DNA of 63,624 bases, the filler included, from Octopus bimaculoides (lineage: Eukaryota), in the NCBI RefSeq assembly GCF_001194135.2. It is 9 parts of 8 records of this genome, joined end to end, with 100 filler letters (N's around TTAATTAATTAA, not from the genome) between each part and the next. Parts side by side here need not be neighbours in the genome. Positions count along the whole stretch, not along the records: positions 1 to 7,393 come from NC_068996.1; positions 7,494 to 16,762 come from NC_069000.1; 7 more parts are not named here. One strand, given 5' to 3'. This document shows, in pieces, positions 1-12,585 of this stretch. The notes beneath the pieces are model-generated. The model saw only the letters and a list, made by a program, of their open reading frames with translations. It was not told where the DNA came from and made no database searches. The number at the start of each line of letters is the position of its first letter. The first letter of the stretch is position 1. A program made the translations under genes and the position numbers.

Positions 1-382
1 GTTTACGAAAACTACTTACAATTTTTGTGAGACGCTGCGTTCAATCATGTAAAAACAAAAGTAAATGAGTATATGCATATATACGTACAGGTATGTGCAT
101 ACCGACATCCACCTGTATGTATAGGTGCATATCTGGGTACAGGACATTGCAAACAAACGTAGACGAGAACACACGAGCCACATAGAGAACATTCTACTTC
201 ATCAGCTACCCACGTTTTAACACCGGCGTTTCGACGAGCTTCGGGCAGGACGCATCGTTAAAACGGCTCGTCCGATGGATCGCAGATTAAATTTGTATAC
301 GCAAATTAAATCTAGCCATGGAGGAATGTAGTGGCGGACAAAAAACAAGACAGGAAAACAAACAGAAAAGGCTTATATATAT
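1..382. repeat. Unclassified interspersed-repeat-like segment with internal complementary helices (runs off the window start)
   Basis: GC- and CpG-richer than its flanks and ends at a (TA)n tract. Contains helices 213-221/257-265 and 233-239/266-272, plus CTGATGA and GAAAC words on the minus strand. Family assignment is inference only. Confidence 0.35.
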
Positions 383-591
383 ATATATACATTTATGAGT
401 TTAGAGGAATATATTATCCAGTCGGATACCGCGGTAATTCTCAGTTGCGTTCCACGTTACGGCTAACTGCATAAATTAATATTTAACATCTATGACTACT
501 AGAAGTTGTCACTCACGCTGTAAATTTCTTCGTAGTCTAATTTCGTGTTCACTTCACTGGATGGTAATATTATCTGGAGTGTATATTAACT

Positions 592-1648
592 ATAATTATA
601 ACGATCAAGAATATGGAGACTAGTATGTACCAGTCTCCATATTCGTATCGTTATAATTTGGTACATCCTCAAAATATATTCCTTTTTATTTTACAATGTC
701 ATACAACAAATTTTTATGCTTAGAACGACCTACACGTGTCTTCACTGCACAGAGTATGGGCAGTTGCATATGCAACCGCGTATAATTTTCTGTGCAGTTT
801 CTTTCTGGGTCTTTCAACCAGCTTGGCTCAAAGTGAACTTAATTCAGTTAGTTGTTTGCTGGTTAGGATTCAGGAGGAAGTGAGGAGAGGTTGTTCTGAA
901 TCTGAAATCTGATCCGGTTTGCAAACTTGCGTAGTTGACCTCAGTTTCATACAAGTAGCTGGCCGTAGTCAGGATTCTATCTAATTAGGTCAGAATTTAT
1001 GTTATTGTTTTGATAGGCTTCTTTGCGTATTGTAGTAGATAGGTACTTAATAAGTTTACTTTCAAGTATAGTTCTTATAATGTATTGTATCCTAGGAGAT
1101 TCAGTTCTATGTTATGTTCTTAGTTATTCCAATATTTTCGTGGAAAGTAGAAAGAAAAAGAAATATATACTAGATTGGTTAAGAAAAGGCCATGTAGTTG
1201 GGGAGTTTCAGACATGCGCTTCCATCTTTACTTTACTAAACATCTGTGGGTGGGATATGGAAGTTACCTAGAACGTGTGTTAAATTTCTTAAGGTTTTGG
1301 TATGCTTATGTAAGCATCTTAAGGCCTGTTCCAGTCTGCTATTAAGTATTTAGTGTCTTGATGTAAAGATTTGGTGCAGTTCTATATATATAACATCAAT
1401 TTCTCTCTGTTCCTCAATAAAAAACTAACTGAATTCAGTTCGCTTCGAGTCAAGCTGGTGGAAAGACCTTGAAAAAAGCTACACAGAAAATTATTCCCGA
1501 TTGCACAAGCAATTACACATACTTTGTGCAATAGAAACGAGTGAGTGTCGTCGTAACCACAAAGATATTCTGTACGACATTGTTAAATAAATGGAATAAA
1601 TTTAGAGGATGTTCTAGTCTCCATATTCTCTACCATTATAATTACTGC
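592..1648. mobile_element. Foldback/MITE-like element with roughly 260-bp diverged terminal inverted repeats
   Basis: About 592-853 is the reverse complement of about 1422-1648 (e.g. tctttcaaccagcttggctcaaagtgaacttaattcagttagtt versus aactaactgaattcagttcgcttcgagtcaagctggtggaaaga), around a roughly 570-bp non-coding spacer. Confidence 0.7.
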
Positions 1649-1651
1649 TTT

Positions 1652-1715
<64 letters not shown>

Positions 1716-2229
1716 NNNNNNNNNNNNNNNNNNNNNNNNNNNNNNNNNNNNNNNNNNNNNNNNNNNNNNNNNNNNNNNNNNNNNNNNNNNNNNNNNNNNN
1801 NNNNNNNNNNNNNNNNNNNNNNNNNNNNNNNNNNNNNNNNNNNNNNNNNNNNNNNNNNNNNNNNNNNNNNNNNNNNNNNNNNNNNNNNNNNNNNNNNNNN
1901 NNNNNNNNNNNNNNNNNNNNNNNNNNNNNNNNNNNNNNNNNNNNNNNNNNNNNNNNNNNNNNNNNNNNNNNNNNNNNNNNNNNNNNNNNNNNNNNNNNNN
2001 NNNNNNNNNNNNNNNNNNNNNNNNNNNNNNNNNNNNNNNNNNNNNNNNNNNNNNNNNNNNNNNNNNNNNNNNNNNNNNNNNNNNNNNNNNNNNNNNNNNN
2101 NNNNNNNNNNNNNNNNNNNNNNNNNNNNNNNNNNNNNNNNNNNNNNNNNNNNNNNNNNNNNNNNNNNNNNNNNNNNNNTATATATAATATATATCAGACT
2201 GTTTATATAGTCTACTCGACTACCTAACG

Positions 2230-3010
2230 TGCAGTGACCTTTAAAATTTTAACCCTATTTTCGATACTTACAAAAATTATAAGTTATCTATGAATACATT
2301 TCTTTATTTAGCTATCTTATAACCTATTTCTAAACACTATCTTGACCATTTCTATCTGTCTTGTAACGTATTTTAAAACTCTATCTTGACTAATGCAGCC
2401 CATTATTACTCATGTTTATTTACCTTATATAGTTTAATGTCCCTCATCTACCATGATAATTTATGTTACCCTGTCTTCCTTTTCCTAATCCTAATTTTTT
2501 ACTTTCATTCTATTACTTTATATGTTGATATTAATCCCCATATTTCGTAAACACACCATCTACAAACTCCTCTCTCATTTCATTATTTCCTCTCTCTATT
2601 ATTATTACTTTTAGATTACTAGCGGTAAACTATATGACTCACTCCCTCTATGTCACATTTTATAAAATCTTCCCTTCCCCCACCACAACCCACTGTTTAC
2701 TTTCTAATATCTCTCCTCCTTCGTATTGAAAACTGTTTTATTATTATCATTTATTAATTATTGTCTTCCGTACACAATTATTTCCAAGATATCTTCCTGC
2801 TTTTGTATGTAAATATTGAGTTGATGAATGAATGTAACCATGATATTCATTGATCTGAAGAGCAAGCTTTCTTTATCTGCATTACATTATAAATTGTACA
2901 ATAGTACTGTATAATTTATAATATATACGCTAATGCAGACATGTAAAATAATTTATTATACAATAAAATAAATCATTTTTCCGATGTTGGCAGCGAAACG
3001 ATCGTCATCA
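2230..3010 (+). mobile_element. Probable Penelope-like pseudo-LTR / 3' remnant
   Basis: AT-rich non-coding tract ending in a hammerhead motif with a palindromic stem III (ACGATCGT), an arrangement known from Penelope-like elements. No ORF is seen. Confidence 0.35.
2851..3010 (+). ncRNA. Type I hammerhead ribozyme candidate with large loop II
   Basis: TGAT(2851-54), CTGAAGA(2855-61), GC...GC, GAAAC(2995-99), GATC, GTC(3004-06), ATCA(3007-10). Stem I TGAT/ATCA, stem III AC/GT, stem II 2 bp plus an internal hairpin at 2876-2939. Confidence 0.5.
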
Positions 3011-3061
3011 TATGGATATCAACTGATGAAATAAATAAATAGATATATTCATCTCATACCG

Positions 3062-3112
<51 letters not shown>

Positions 3113-3349
3113 CTCTCTCTATACATACATACATACATACATACATACATACATACACACATGCATACATATAAATAGAAAAATTATTATTTCTAAATCT
3201 CTCAATGAGAGACGTTTAGTAACGGTACTCTAGAGTAAAGATTATTTGCCAACATAGTGTCGCAGTCTCCAAACGATGTTTCCTGAGGATAAATAACAGT
3301 AACATTCGTCCTAACCAGGACTGCCACACTATGTTGGCAAATAATCTTT

Positions 3350-3390
<41 letters not shown>

Positions 3391-4084
3391 CACACATACA
3401 ATCACACATACATTATTTATATTTATATAGAATACAGCACATTTCAGAAAACCTGAGCCATGTATAAAGTACATTTCCCAATAGTTATTTATTTGAAAGC
3501 CTAATCAGTGGAAATTGAAATGGTGTGAAAACATCCTAATGTTATCTAAGGAAACAGAAAAATAATGTTCTTACAGACCTGTTTCAGGATAATTATAATC
3601 ATCAGAGACAATGCTTTTCCACACTGCCCGAGAACTTTAAATATAAATTGTTATACATTACAATAGCTTATCAGGATCAATAAATAGCAACGTTCATGTA
3701 TATATATATATATCATTTAATTTATTACGGTTCTGACTAATGTTTTTTATGTAAATCAGGATTAGTATTGACATCATAACCCGAGGAATCAGAGTGTTTA
3801 GATTATTGAGTTCAGGATCATTAAATCGTTGGTTTGATTCTTTGACTGGGTGATGTGTTGTACCTTTGAGCAAGACACTTATTTTGCTTTTGCTGAAATG
3901 AGTTGAAGACTAGCTCTAATGCAGCCATCTCTCCTTCCAGCAGTCACATTCTCAATGTTTGACTGATTCAAGGAGTACGAGGGCCGAGAGGGTATCAATG
4001 TCTGCACGTAATTACATTTGCGAAAGCATGGTACATGCTAACAGGTTGTAATAGTTAGCGAGAGTTATATGTTTATATATATTT

Positions 4085-4175
<91 letters not shown>

Positions 4176-4753
4176 ACATTCACTGACTCACGTATATATA
4201 TTAATTTCTTAGTGCTTATGAAGATATACGGCGGTAATGTAATAAGTAACTACGAGATGTTTAAGCTACATTGGTCGGATGTCTGCTGTTAATGTAGTTA
4301 TATACAAATAGAAAGCAGTAGATGGTTCCTTGTAGATACTTGGAGACAACCTTATACACTCTAGGTTCGAATCCTATAGATGTTAGCTTTATATTTATTA
4401 CCTCTTAAATTGATAAGCTAAGAATCAAGCTTGTTTTAATTCGATTAGATCCCACTTTTTCAAATATGTGGTCCCATATCAATGCAAGATAAATTGAATG
4501 TCAACTTGTGTAATGTAAGATTTTTTCCTTTTTCTGGTATATCTGTTACTTTATAAAGACTAGTCATATTTTGCAACATCAGTAGCAACAGCATTAATAC
4601 TACTAGCAGTGTTGGCAATAACAGTGAACGTGCATTGCAGTATAGTAATTGATATGGGCATATTTATGGAGTGTTAGTATAAAGCTAAATAGTTTATAAC
4701 CAACATTAAAACAGTATATCATAGAGATACAGATTACAAAAAAGTATGTAAGG

Positions 4754-4808
<55 letters not shown>

Positions 4809-4809
4809 G

Positions 4810-4845
<36 letters not shown>

Positions 4846-5519
4846 ATCTACCTTTCTTCTCTTCCTCTCCCTCTGTATTTGTTTCATTTTTTACACTCGC
4901 TTCTCTGTTCATCTCTGCTCCATCCCCTCATGTTTTCTGCTCCTAAGTCATGCAGCTTTCACAAGTCATTAAACATTTTCCCCATTGTTTCTTTAGTCTG
5001 AATGTTTAAGATATTTAATGTATTTTGCGTAAATGTTTCCATTTTCCATACCAAAAATATTTACACTCCGAAAACAAAATACCATCCCTCCCCGAAAAAA
5101 GAAAGAAAGAAAAATAAATAAATTATAAATAAAAACGTTGAAACACAATTGGAAAAAAGAACCCCCAAATGAAAAGAAAGCAAAACAAACAAAAACCCAG
5201 AATAAAAAAATGTACACGTAACGAAACGAAAAGTACAATAACACATGAATTCACATTTTGAACGACCCCTGTGTCAGCAGACACACAGATCAAAGAATTG
5301 CAGATTTCGTTGCATCGTTGGCATTTCATCTGTTTATTATTTTAGCATAAAAGATCTCCAAACTCAATAAATACAAAAAAAAAAAAGCCAACGAAAAGAA
5401 AAAAAGCGCTGCACAGATTTATAGAGTTAATGTGGGACACATCAAATGGTTATTCTCTTTCAGTCTTTGTATTTATTTATGTTATTTTCATATTTAAAAA
5501 AAATCAAACTAAAAAAATG

Positions 5520-5970
5520 CGACAGCAGGAATAGTAGCTGTGCCTGTGACGACAATGAAAATGACGGCGATGATGACAATAACAACAACAGCAGCAAGAG
5601 TAACAACAGTGTGAATATAGAAAAGAACAACACCGGAACAGAAAACATTGACAGCAACAGCAAGAAAAACAAAACAATAATAAAAAGAAATCACCCACTC
5701 TTCAGCAACAATAGCAGCAACAATAGCAGCAACAACCAAAGTATCAGCAGTTGAAGCAGCAGCAGCAGCACCACCACCACCACCACCACCAACAACAACA
5801 ACAATAAAAGCAGTGAAACGGAAACAGTAACAAAAATGAACCAAACAAACATAGGCAATAAGAGCAAGAACAACACACTAACAGAAACAACAACAAAAAC
5901 AACAATTATTTGAGGCAGCAACAAAAGCAGCTATAACAAGAGCAACAAAAATAGTAGAACAGCAGCAATA
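5520..5970. repeat. (AAC/AGC/ACC)n low-complexity tract
   Basis: Degenerate trinucleotide repeats; the overlapping ORFs are homopolymeric. Confidence 0.85.
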
Positions 5971-7194
5971 GATCGGTCGAATGTTCAATATTTTACAAGT
6001 CCCCCCGCCATCGCAAAAAAAAAATAAATAAATAAACCAACAAGAAACGAAAAACTTAACAGCGGCATATCTCTGAAAGAGCTATCGATATAGACAAGTA
6101 GATAGCCAAGTGCCCAAAGAACAAATAATAAAGACAGAAGTACAGCAACGTCAACAACAGAGAGATTTTTAAAGACGTTGTGGTGTGATATAATAAAGAT
6201 TTAACTGATAATACTGCTGGTCGAGTAATCATGTAAAAATTCCTTAGGAGGAACACATTTACTTTGCAAAGTAAACTGCAACTGATATAATCCATGCCTC
6301 TGCATGCTGATAATGGCAGTTTCTCGTTGTCCGAGGAAGACGATTTGTTCTGTTATTAACTTTTATAGGTACGCATCTAATGCGGATGACGAATTCTTAC
6401 GCGTAGATACGGTTGCAAGTACGCATGTGCCACACCTTGTTGGGGAGGAGCAGTCGCTTTTCTCAAAGTAAGGTTTGAGACGCTACAAGAACCACTCGAA
6501 ATGAAGTTTTCTTGCGGCTTTGAAGTACCGGTAGTGCTACGTGCAATTGGTGACGGTTTGAAGTTCATGTGGTTGAAGTTTGGCCCACTTCTGTTGGACT
6601 TTAGGTCATTCTTGTACTCTTGGACTGTGCAAGAAAACCAACACATACAAGGCATCATACAATCCTCTTCATATCAGAATGCTTAGTACGGTCCTCTAAT
6701 AGAGTGTGTATGATATATCTGGATATAATACCTGGTCGTAATTGTAACTATTGACGAGCCATACATTGGAGCATTACTGAACTCCGACTAGAGAATTACC
6801 AAAATAAACAATGACATTTCGACAGGGGAACCTCTATGCGGTTATTCGATTTGCTAGCAATAAAAGTAAACTGATTTTCAAATCAAATGCTACTATCAAA
6901 AATAAGGGGAAAAAAGTAAACCATGTAGTAAATGTCAGTGAAATGTATTTAAATATGTCTGAAAACAAAATGGGATCGCCCACAGTCAGAATGATAATCC
7001 GACATGACTTCCTATACTTACACGCCGCATAAATACAATAACAGCAGCAGCAGCAGCAGACGCGGTTACAGCGGCAGCAGCAGCAATAGTGTATGTATCT
7101 GTATGAATGCATGCCTTTATGCATGTATTTACGTATGTACGCATGTAAAAATGCATACATGTAGGTATATATGTATGCGTATAGATATATAGAC

Positions 7195-7351
7195 GCAGGA
7201 GTGGCTATATGGTAAGAAGCTTGCTTCCCAACCACATAGTTCCATGTTTAGTCATGCTTCGTGGCACTTTGGGCACGTGTCTTCTACTATACTCGGGCGT
7301 ACCAAAGCATTGTGAGTGGATATTGTAGACGGAAACTGAAAGAAGCCCGTC

Positions 7352-7352
<1 letters not shown>
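7195..7352 (+). mobile_element. tRNA-derived SINE, family A (5' part)
   Basis: Starts ggagtggctatatggtaagaagcttgcttcccaaccac; homologous to the copies at 8545-8958, 28903 and 48055. Confidence 0.85.
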
Positions 7353-7393
<41 letters not shown>

Positions 7394-7601
7394 NNNNNNN
7401 NNNNNNNNNNNNNNNNNNNNNNNNNNNNNNNNNNNNNTTAATTAATTAANNNNNNNNNNNNNNNNNNNNNNNNNNNNNNNNNNNNNNNNNNNNATACATA
7501 CGCATATGCACTCACACACAAGTATAGATAGATAAGATGGACAGATAGACAAACTGGTGTTTTACATCTGTCAAATAATAATAATAATAATAATACTAAC
7601 A

Positions 7602-7650
<49 letters not shown>

Positions 7651-8479
7651 TAGTAACTTTGGTGGATAGCTATATAAGCAGCAGTTTCCATGCAGGTGTT
7701 CACCACACTTTTGAAATAGGTTAACCTGATTAAATATTGACGTAGTCTTTGCAATAGTAATTTGTGGTTGCTTTTTGTTGTTATTGGTTTTGTTGTTACT
7801 TTTGTTGTTGTTGTTGGTGCTGTTGTTGTTGTTGTTGCTTTTTGTCTACTTCAAGCGCTGGAGAGAAGCAAAATACTGCAAACTAGAGGCGGAGAAGGGC
7901 AAATCAGCAGATAAATAAACTTTCAATTTTTTTTCTTTGTCTGTCTCCTCACTCCTCTACTTCCTCCTCCTCCTCCTTCTTCTTCTTCTTCTTCTTCTTC
8001 TTCTTCTTCTTCTTCTTCTTCTTCTTCTTCTTCTTCTNNNNNNNNNNNNNNNNNNNNNNNNNNNNNNNNNNNNNNNNNNNNNNNNNNNNNNNNNNNNNNN
8101 NNNNNNNNNNNNNNNNNNNNNNNNNNNNNNNNNNNNNNNNNNNNNNNNNNNNNNNNNNNNNNNNNNNNNNNNNNNNNNNNNNNNNNNNNNNNNNNNNNNN
8201 NNNNNNNNNNNNNNNNNNNNNNNNNNNNNNNNNNNNNNNNNNNNNNNNNNNNNNNNNNNNNNNNNNNNNNNNNNNNNNNNNNNNNNNNNNNNNNNNNNNN
8301 NNNNNNNNNNNNNNNNNNNNNNNNNNNNNNNNNNNNNNNNNNNNNNNNNNNNNNNNNNNNNNNNNNNNNNNNNNNNNNNNNNNNNNNNNNNNNNNNNNNN
8401 NNNNNNNNNNNNNNNNNNNNNNNNNNNNNNNNNNNNNNNNNNNNNNNNNNNNNNNNNNNNNNNNNNNNNNNNNNNNNNN

Positions 8480-8537
<58 letters not shown>

Positions 8538-8544
8538 TATATTT

Positions 8545-8958
8545 ATTCTTATCTTTTACTTGTTTCAGTCATTTTTTGATTGCGGCCATGCTGGGGCACC
8601 GTATTGAAGAGTTTTAGTCGAACAAATAGAACCCAGGACATTTTTTTAAAGTCTGGTACTTATTCCATCGGTCTCTTTTTGCTGAGCCGCTAGATTACGG
8701 AGACGTAGACAAACCAGCACCAGCTGTCAAGCTGTGGGTGGGACGTGGCAACACAGACATAAACTCACACACACACACACACACATACACATATATACGA
8801 CAGGCTTCTTTCAGTTTTCGTCTGCCAAATCCATTCACAAGGCTTTGGTCGGCCCGAAGCTATAGTAGAAAACACTTGCCCAAAGTGCCTTGCAGTGGGA
8901 CTGAACCCGGAATCATGTGGTTTGGAAGCAAGCTTCTTACCACACAGCCACGCCTGCA
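8545..8958 (-). mobile_element. tRNA-derived SINE, family A, near full length with an internal (TG)n
   Basis: The reverse complement has the tRNA-like head (ggcgtggctgtgtggtaag ... gggttcagtccc), a central microsatellite and the 3' tail gactgaaacaagtaaaagataaag. Confidence 0.9.
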
Positions 8959-9414
8959 CCTAAGCGTATACACACAGACATACACATGTATATACACTAT
9001 ATAATACAGTTTTATTTAAAAAATTCTTGAGCCCTATAACTCATAGGACCAGCAACATGATTTCCATGACGTGATCAAGATCTCTGAACGGGAATGTAAC
9101 TGTAAATGTTAGTGTGAAATAATTTTATCGGGAATTGTAAGGATAGCGGATGCAATATCACAAGTGCTATTAAAAGTGATCGTTTTTACTTTTCCATGAC
9201 TATTCTGTGATGCTTTTATGTGCAGGAAAGTTACAACAACATACCCACTTCCCTAAAATTATTGTAATAATTCCATGGTTATATTTTGGAGAGGATTTCG
9301 TTTCCGAGCCAAAACTACGACGTCGTCTTGTATTTCAACTCACATTACCAATGCTTTTGGAAAAATCACGAACGTTTGCCACACACCATCAACAACAACA
9401 ACAACAACAACAAT

Positions 9415-9633
9415 GATAATCCTTTCTACTATTGGCACAAGGCTTGAAATTTGTGGGGGAAGGGACTAGTCGATTACATAGATCCCAGTGTTTCCTTGAT
9501 ACTTAATTTATCGACCCCGAAAGGATGAAACCCATAGCCGACCTCGGTGGAATTTGAACTTAGAACGTAAGGACGGACGAAATACCATTAAGCATTTTGC
9601 CCGGCGTGCTAACGATTTTGCCAGCTCGCCGCC

Positions 9634-9635
<2 letters not shown>
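9415..9635 (-). mobile_element. SINE family B (ggcagaatcgttagcacgccgggc...)
   Basis: Homologous to at least 10 other copies in the window; flanked by (AAT)n. Confidence 0.9.
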
Positions 9636-9730
<95 letters not shown>

Positions 9731-9814
9731 TAATAATAATAATAATAATAATGATAATAATAATAATAATTTCATATATATTTCGTTTTAATTGCTATGT
9801 TTTTCTTTCTTCAG

Positions 9815-9913
9815 AGCACTGTAACAAATCTCCTTGTAAAAACGGAGGGACCTGCGTTGGTAACAATGTGTGCAGATGTCCACCAAAATTTTCCGGAACC
9901 ATATGTGAAGTAG
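9815..9913 (+). CDS. EGF-like domain exon (phase 1-1) of the EGF/LRR gene
   Basis: ttttctttcttcag acceptor and gtaagt donor; 99 nt encoding EHCNKSPCKNGGTCVGNNVCRCPPKFSGTICEV with six-cysteine EGF spacing. Confidence 0.9.
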   Translation, partial: STVTNLLVKTEGPALVTMCADVHQNFPEPYVK

Positions 9914-10253
9914 GTAAGTAAATACATGTCATGTATATATATATATCTATATATATGTGTGTGTGTATGCGTATGTGAGTATATATGTCTGTGTATATAT
10001 GTGTGTATGTGTATATAATATACTGAAGTACGGAATGAGTGTGTGTGCGAAAGAAAGAGAGAGAGAGAGAAGGCAAGATAGAAGGTGAGAAAGGGAGAAA
10101 ACAGTTTTGTTGACATAAATTCACTCTTGAAAGGTCAGCACGTTGATGACTTGATAGGTTTAATTATATCTGGATACCGTATGGAAAAAGCTAAAGGAAA
10201 TGTTGTCCTTCCAAATAGTATAAACGCGCATTTAATACGCATGCATCACACTT

Positions 10254-10309
<56 letters not shown>

Positions 10310-10602
10310 NNNNNNNNNNNNNNNNNNNNNNNNNNNNNNNNNNNNNNNNNNNNNNNNNNNNNNNNNNNNNNNNNNNNNNNNNNNNNNNNNNNNNNNNNNN
10401 NNNNNNNNNNNNNNNNNNNNNNNNNNNNNNNNNNNNNNNNNNNNNNNNNNNNNNNNNNNNNNNNNNNNNNNNNNNNNNNNNNNNNNNNNNNNNNNNNNNN
10501 NNNNNNNNNNNNNNNNNNNNNNNNNNNNNNNNNNNNNNNNNNNNNNNNNNNNNNNNNNNNNNNNNNNNNNNNNNNNNNNNNNNNNNNNNNNNNNNNNNNN
10601 NN

Positions 10603-10636
<34 letters not shown>

Positions 10637-11267
10637 CCCGCACTCACACACATTTGTATGATAGTGCGTGTTTGATAGAAATAACTTCTGTTCTAGCAGT
10701 TAACAAAGGAAAGATCATGCTTTGCTGTATCAATAAAGAGTTGTGCTTCTTCGTGCATTTACTATAAGTCTAATTCAATCATTTAAATAACCTATATATT
10801 GTTATGATCGAAGATAACTTCAAACTTCGCTATCTGAATCATGTTTTTCAGGATTAATGATAACAAAAATGTTACTGTTCTGTATAATAATGTATAGAAA
10901 GTCAAATATAACAGCATCAAATTTTAGCATTAAATAGCTAAATGTATATTGCAATAACCAACTTGTTAAATAAGAAAAATCCGAAAATTTATCTGCAAAT
11001 ACCGTTACAAAAAGTATTGTATATAATATAACAAGATAATTGCACCTGATTAATTAACTTATCGTAAACTGCAACATCAGCTGGGAGTTATGAAGCATTG
11101 TGAATGTTTACAATAAATCATTCCATGATGCTACATTAGCTGCTGTGCCTCACGAAATATCTTTATCGTATTATTAAATATTTAACATCTTGGCTCGGTT
11201 TGGTAGTTTTTATATTACACGTTGGTCTACCTGTTAATCTATATTGTGATAAATAAAGTCATTATAA

Positions 11268-11486
11268 GTCGTTGAGCAGGGAGAATCGTTGGCACGCCGA
11301 GTAAAAAAGTTTAGCGGCATTACGTCCGTCCTTACGTTCTGAGTTCAAATTTCGCCGAGGTCGACTTTACCTTTTATCCATTCGTGGTCGATAAAATAAG
11401 TACCAGTTACGCACTGGGGTAGATGTAATCAACAAGCCCTCTTCCGCCAAATTTCAGGCCTTGTGTCTATAGTAGAAAACATTATT
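11268..11486 (+). mobile_element. SINE family B
   Basis: gagaatcgttggcacgccg ... gttctgagttcaaatttcgccgaggtcgac ... gtaccagttacgcactgggg; a partial minus-strand copy follows at about 11555-11645. Confidence 0.9.
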
Positions 11487-11722
11487 AAATATTTAACATC
11501 GTGGTTCAGTTTCATAGTTATTATAATACTTGGGTCTACCTTTTAATTTATATTCTTTTCTACTCAAGGCACAAGGCCCTAAAATTTTTGGAGGAGGGGG
11601 ACAGTCGATTAGATTGGCCCAGTACGCAACTGGTACTTAATTTAACCTCTTGGAGTGATAGCTGATGAAGGCTCAATTTATTTAATTTCTTCTGTTAAGT
11701 GCGTGATTTAAAAAATGCTGCC

Positions 11723-11756
<34 letters not shown>

Positions 11757-11771
11757 GCGCGCGCGCAATTC

Positions 11772-11968
11772 ATTTGTGGGTTAACAATGCAGCCAATAGT
11801 TTCATATGAAGACATCTTTGCAATTGTGGTCAAGTGTGTCACATAGAAGTCTTCTTGGGTATTCCCATCTCAAATGGAGACGACTATCAACGCTTACATG
11901 TGGCACACTTAAACAATTGCAAAGATCTCCTCGCATGAAACCGTTAGTTGTCTTGTCAACTCACAAAT
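11772..11968. mobile_element. Short hairpin MITE-like element (roughly 73-bp arms)
   Basis: 11772-11844 is an imperfect reverse complement of 11898-11968, with a 53-nt spacer. Confidence 0.65.
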
Positions 11969-12174
11969 AAAGAATATTTATCCATCAATGCATATTGACT
12001 GTTCATTTTCACTGTTCGATATTAGTGTGCATGTGTGTGTGCATGTGCGTGTGTGTGTGCATGTGCGTGTGTGTGTGTCTATAAGGCAATGAATCGTAAA
12101 GTATAGTTACTAGCTCTACACTTATCGGTATAAATGGTCTTCTGGCCTCTTTGTGTATCTGATGGCGATGATGA

Positions 12175-12208
<34 letters not shown>

Positions 12209-12230
12209 GGTGGTGGTGGCGGCGCTCAAG

Positions 12231-12265
<35 letters not shown>

Positions 12266-12544
12266 TACTTTTGTAATGATGATGATAATGACTTCGTTGT
12301 AAAGAAACATACAAAAAAAAATAAAAAATTCATAAATGATCTTGTTTCTAGGTGGAGAATATTTGGAATACACTCACGCATGCGCTCCTCCCACTTATGT
12401 ATATAGATGTCTATGTAGCACCATGCACCCACCCACAAAGACACACACACACACACATACACATACATGTGTCAATAAATATGTCTGTATCTGTGTGTGT
12501 GTATGTGTGTGTATGTATGTTTGTACGCATGTTTAAATATATAT

Positions 12545-12585
<41 letters not shown>

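Noticed and set aside
213-272. HDV-like ribozyme interpretation of the pseudoknots (also 56503-56561)
   Set aside because: No P3/L3 of correct size, no P1.1 GG, and no P4 or J4/2 catalytic C.
7438-7449. TTAATTAATTAA islands inside N runs (also about 16807, 26907, 40831, 45766, 53129, 59298, 62504)
   Set aside because: An identical 12-mer centred in fixed-size gaps is an assembly/scaffolding marker, not biology.
9226-9420. Candidate exon after tgtgcag
   Set aside because: Two frames close quickly and the third runs into a microsatellite and SINE without a good donor.
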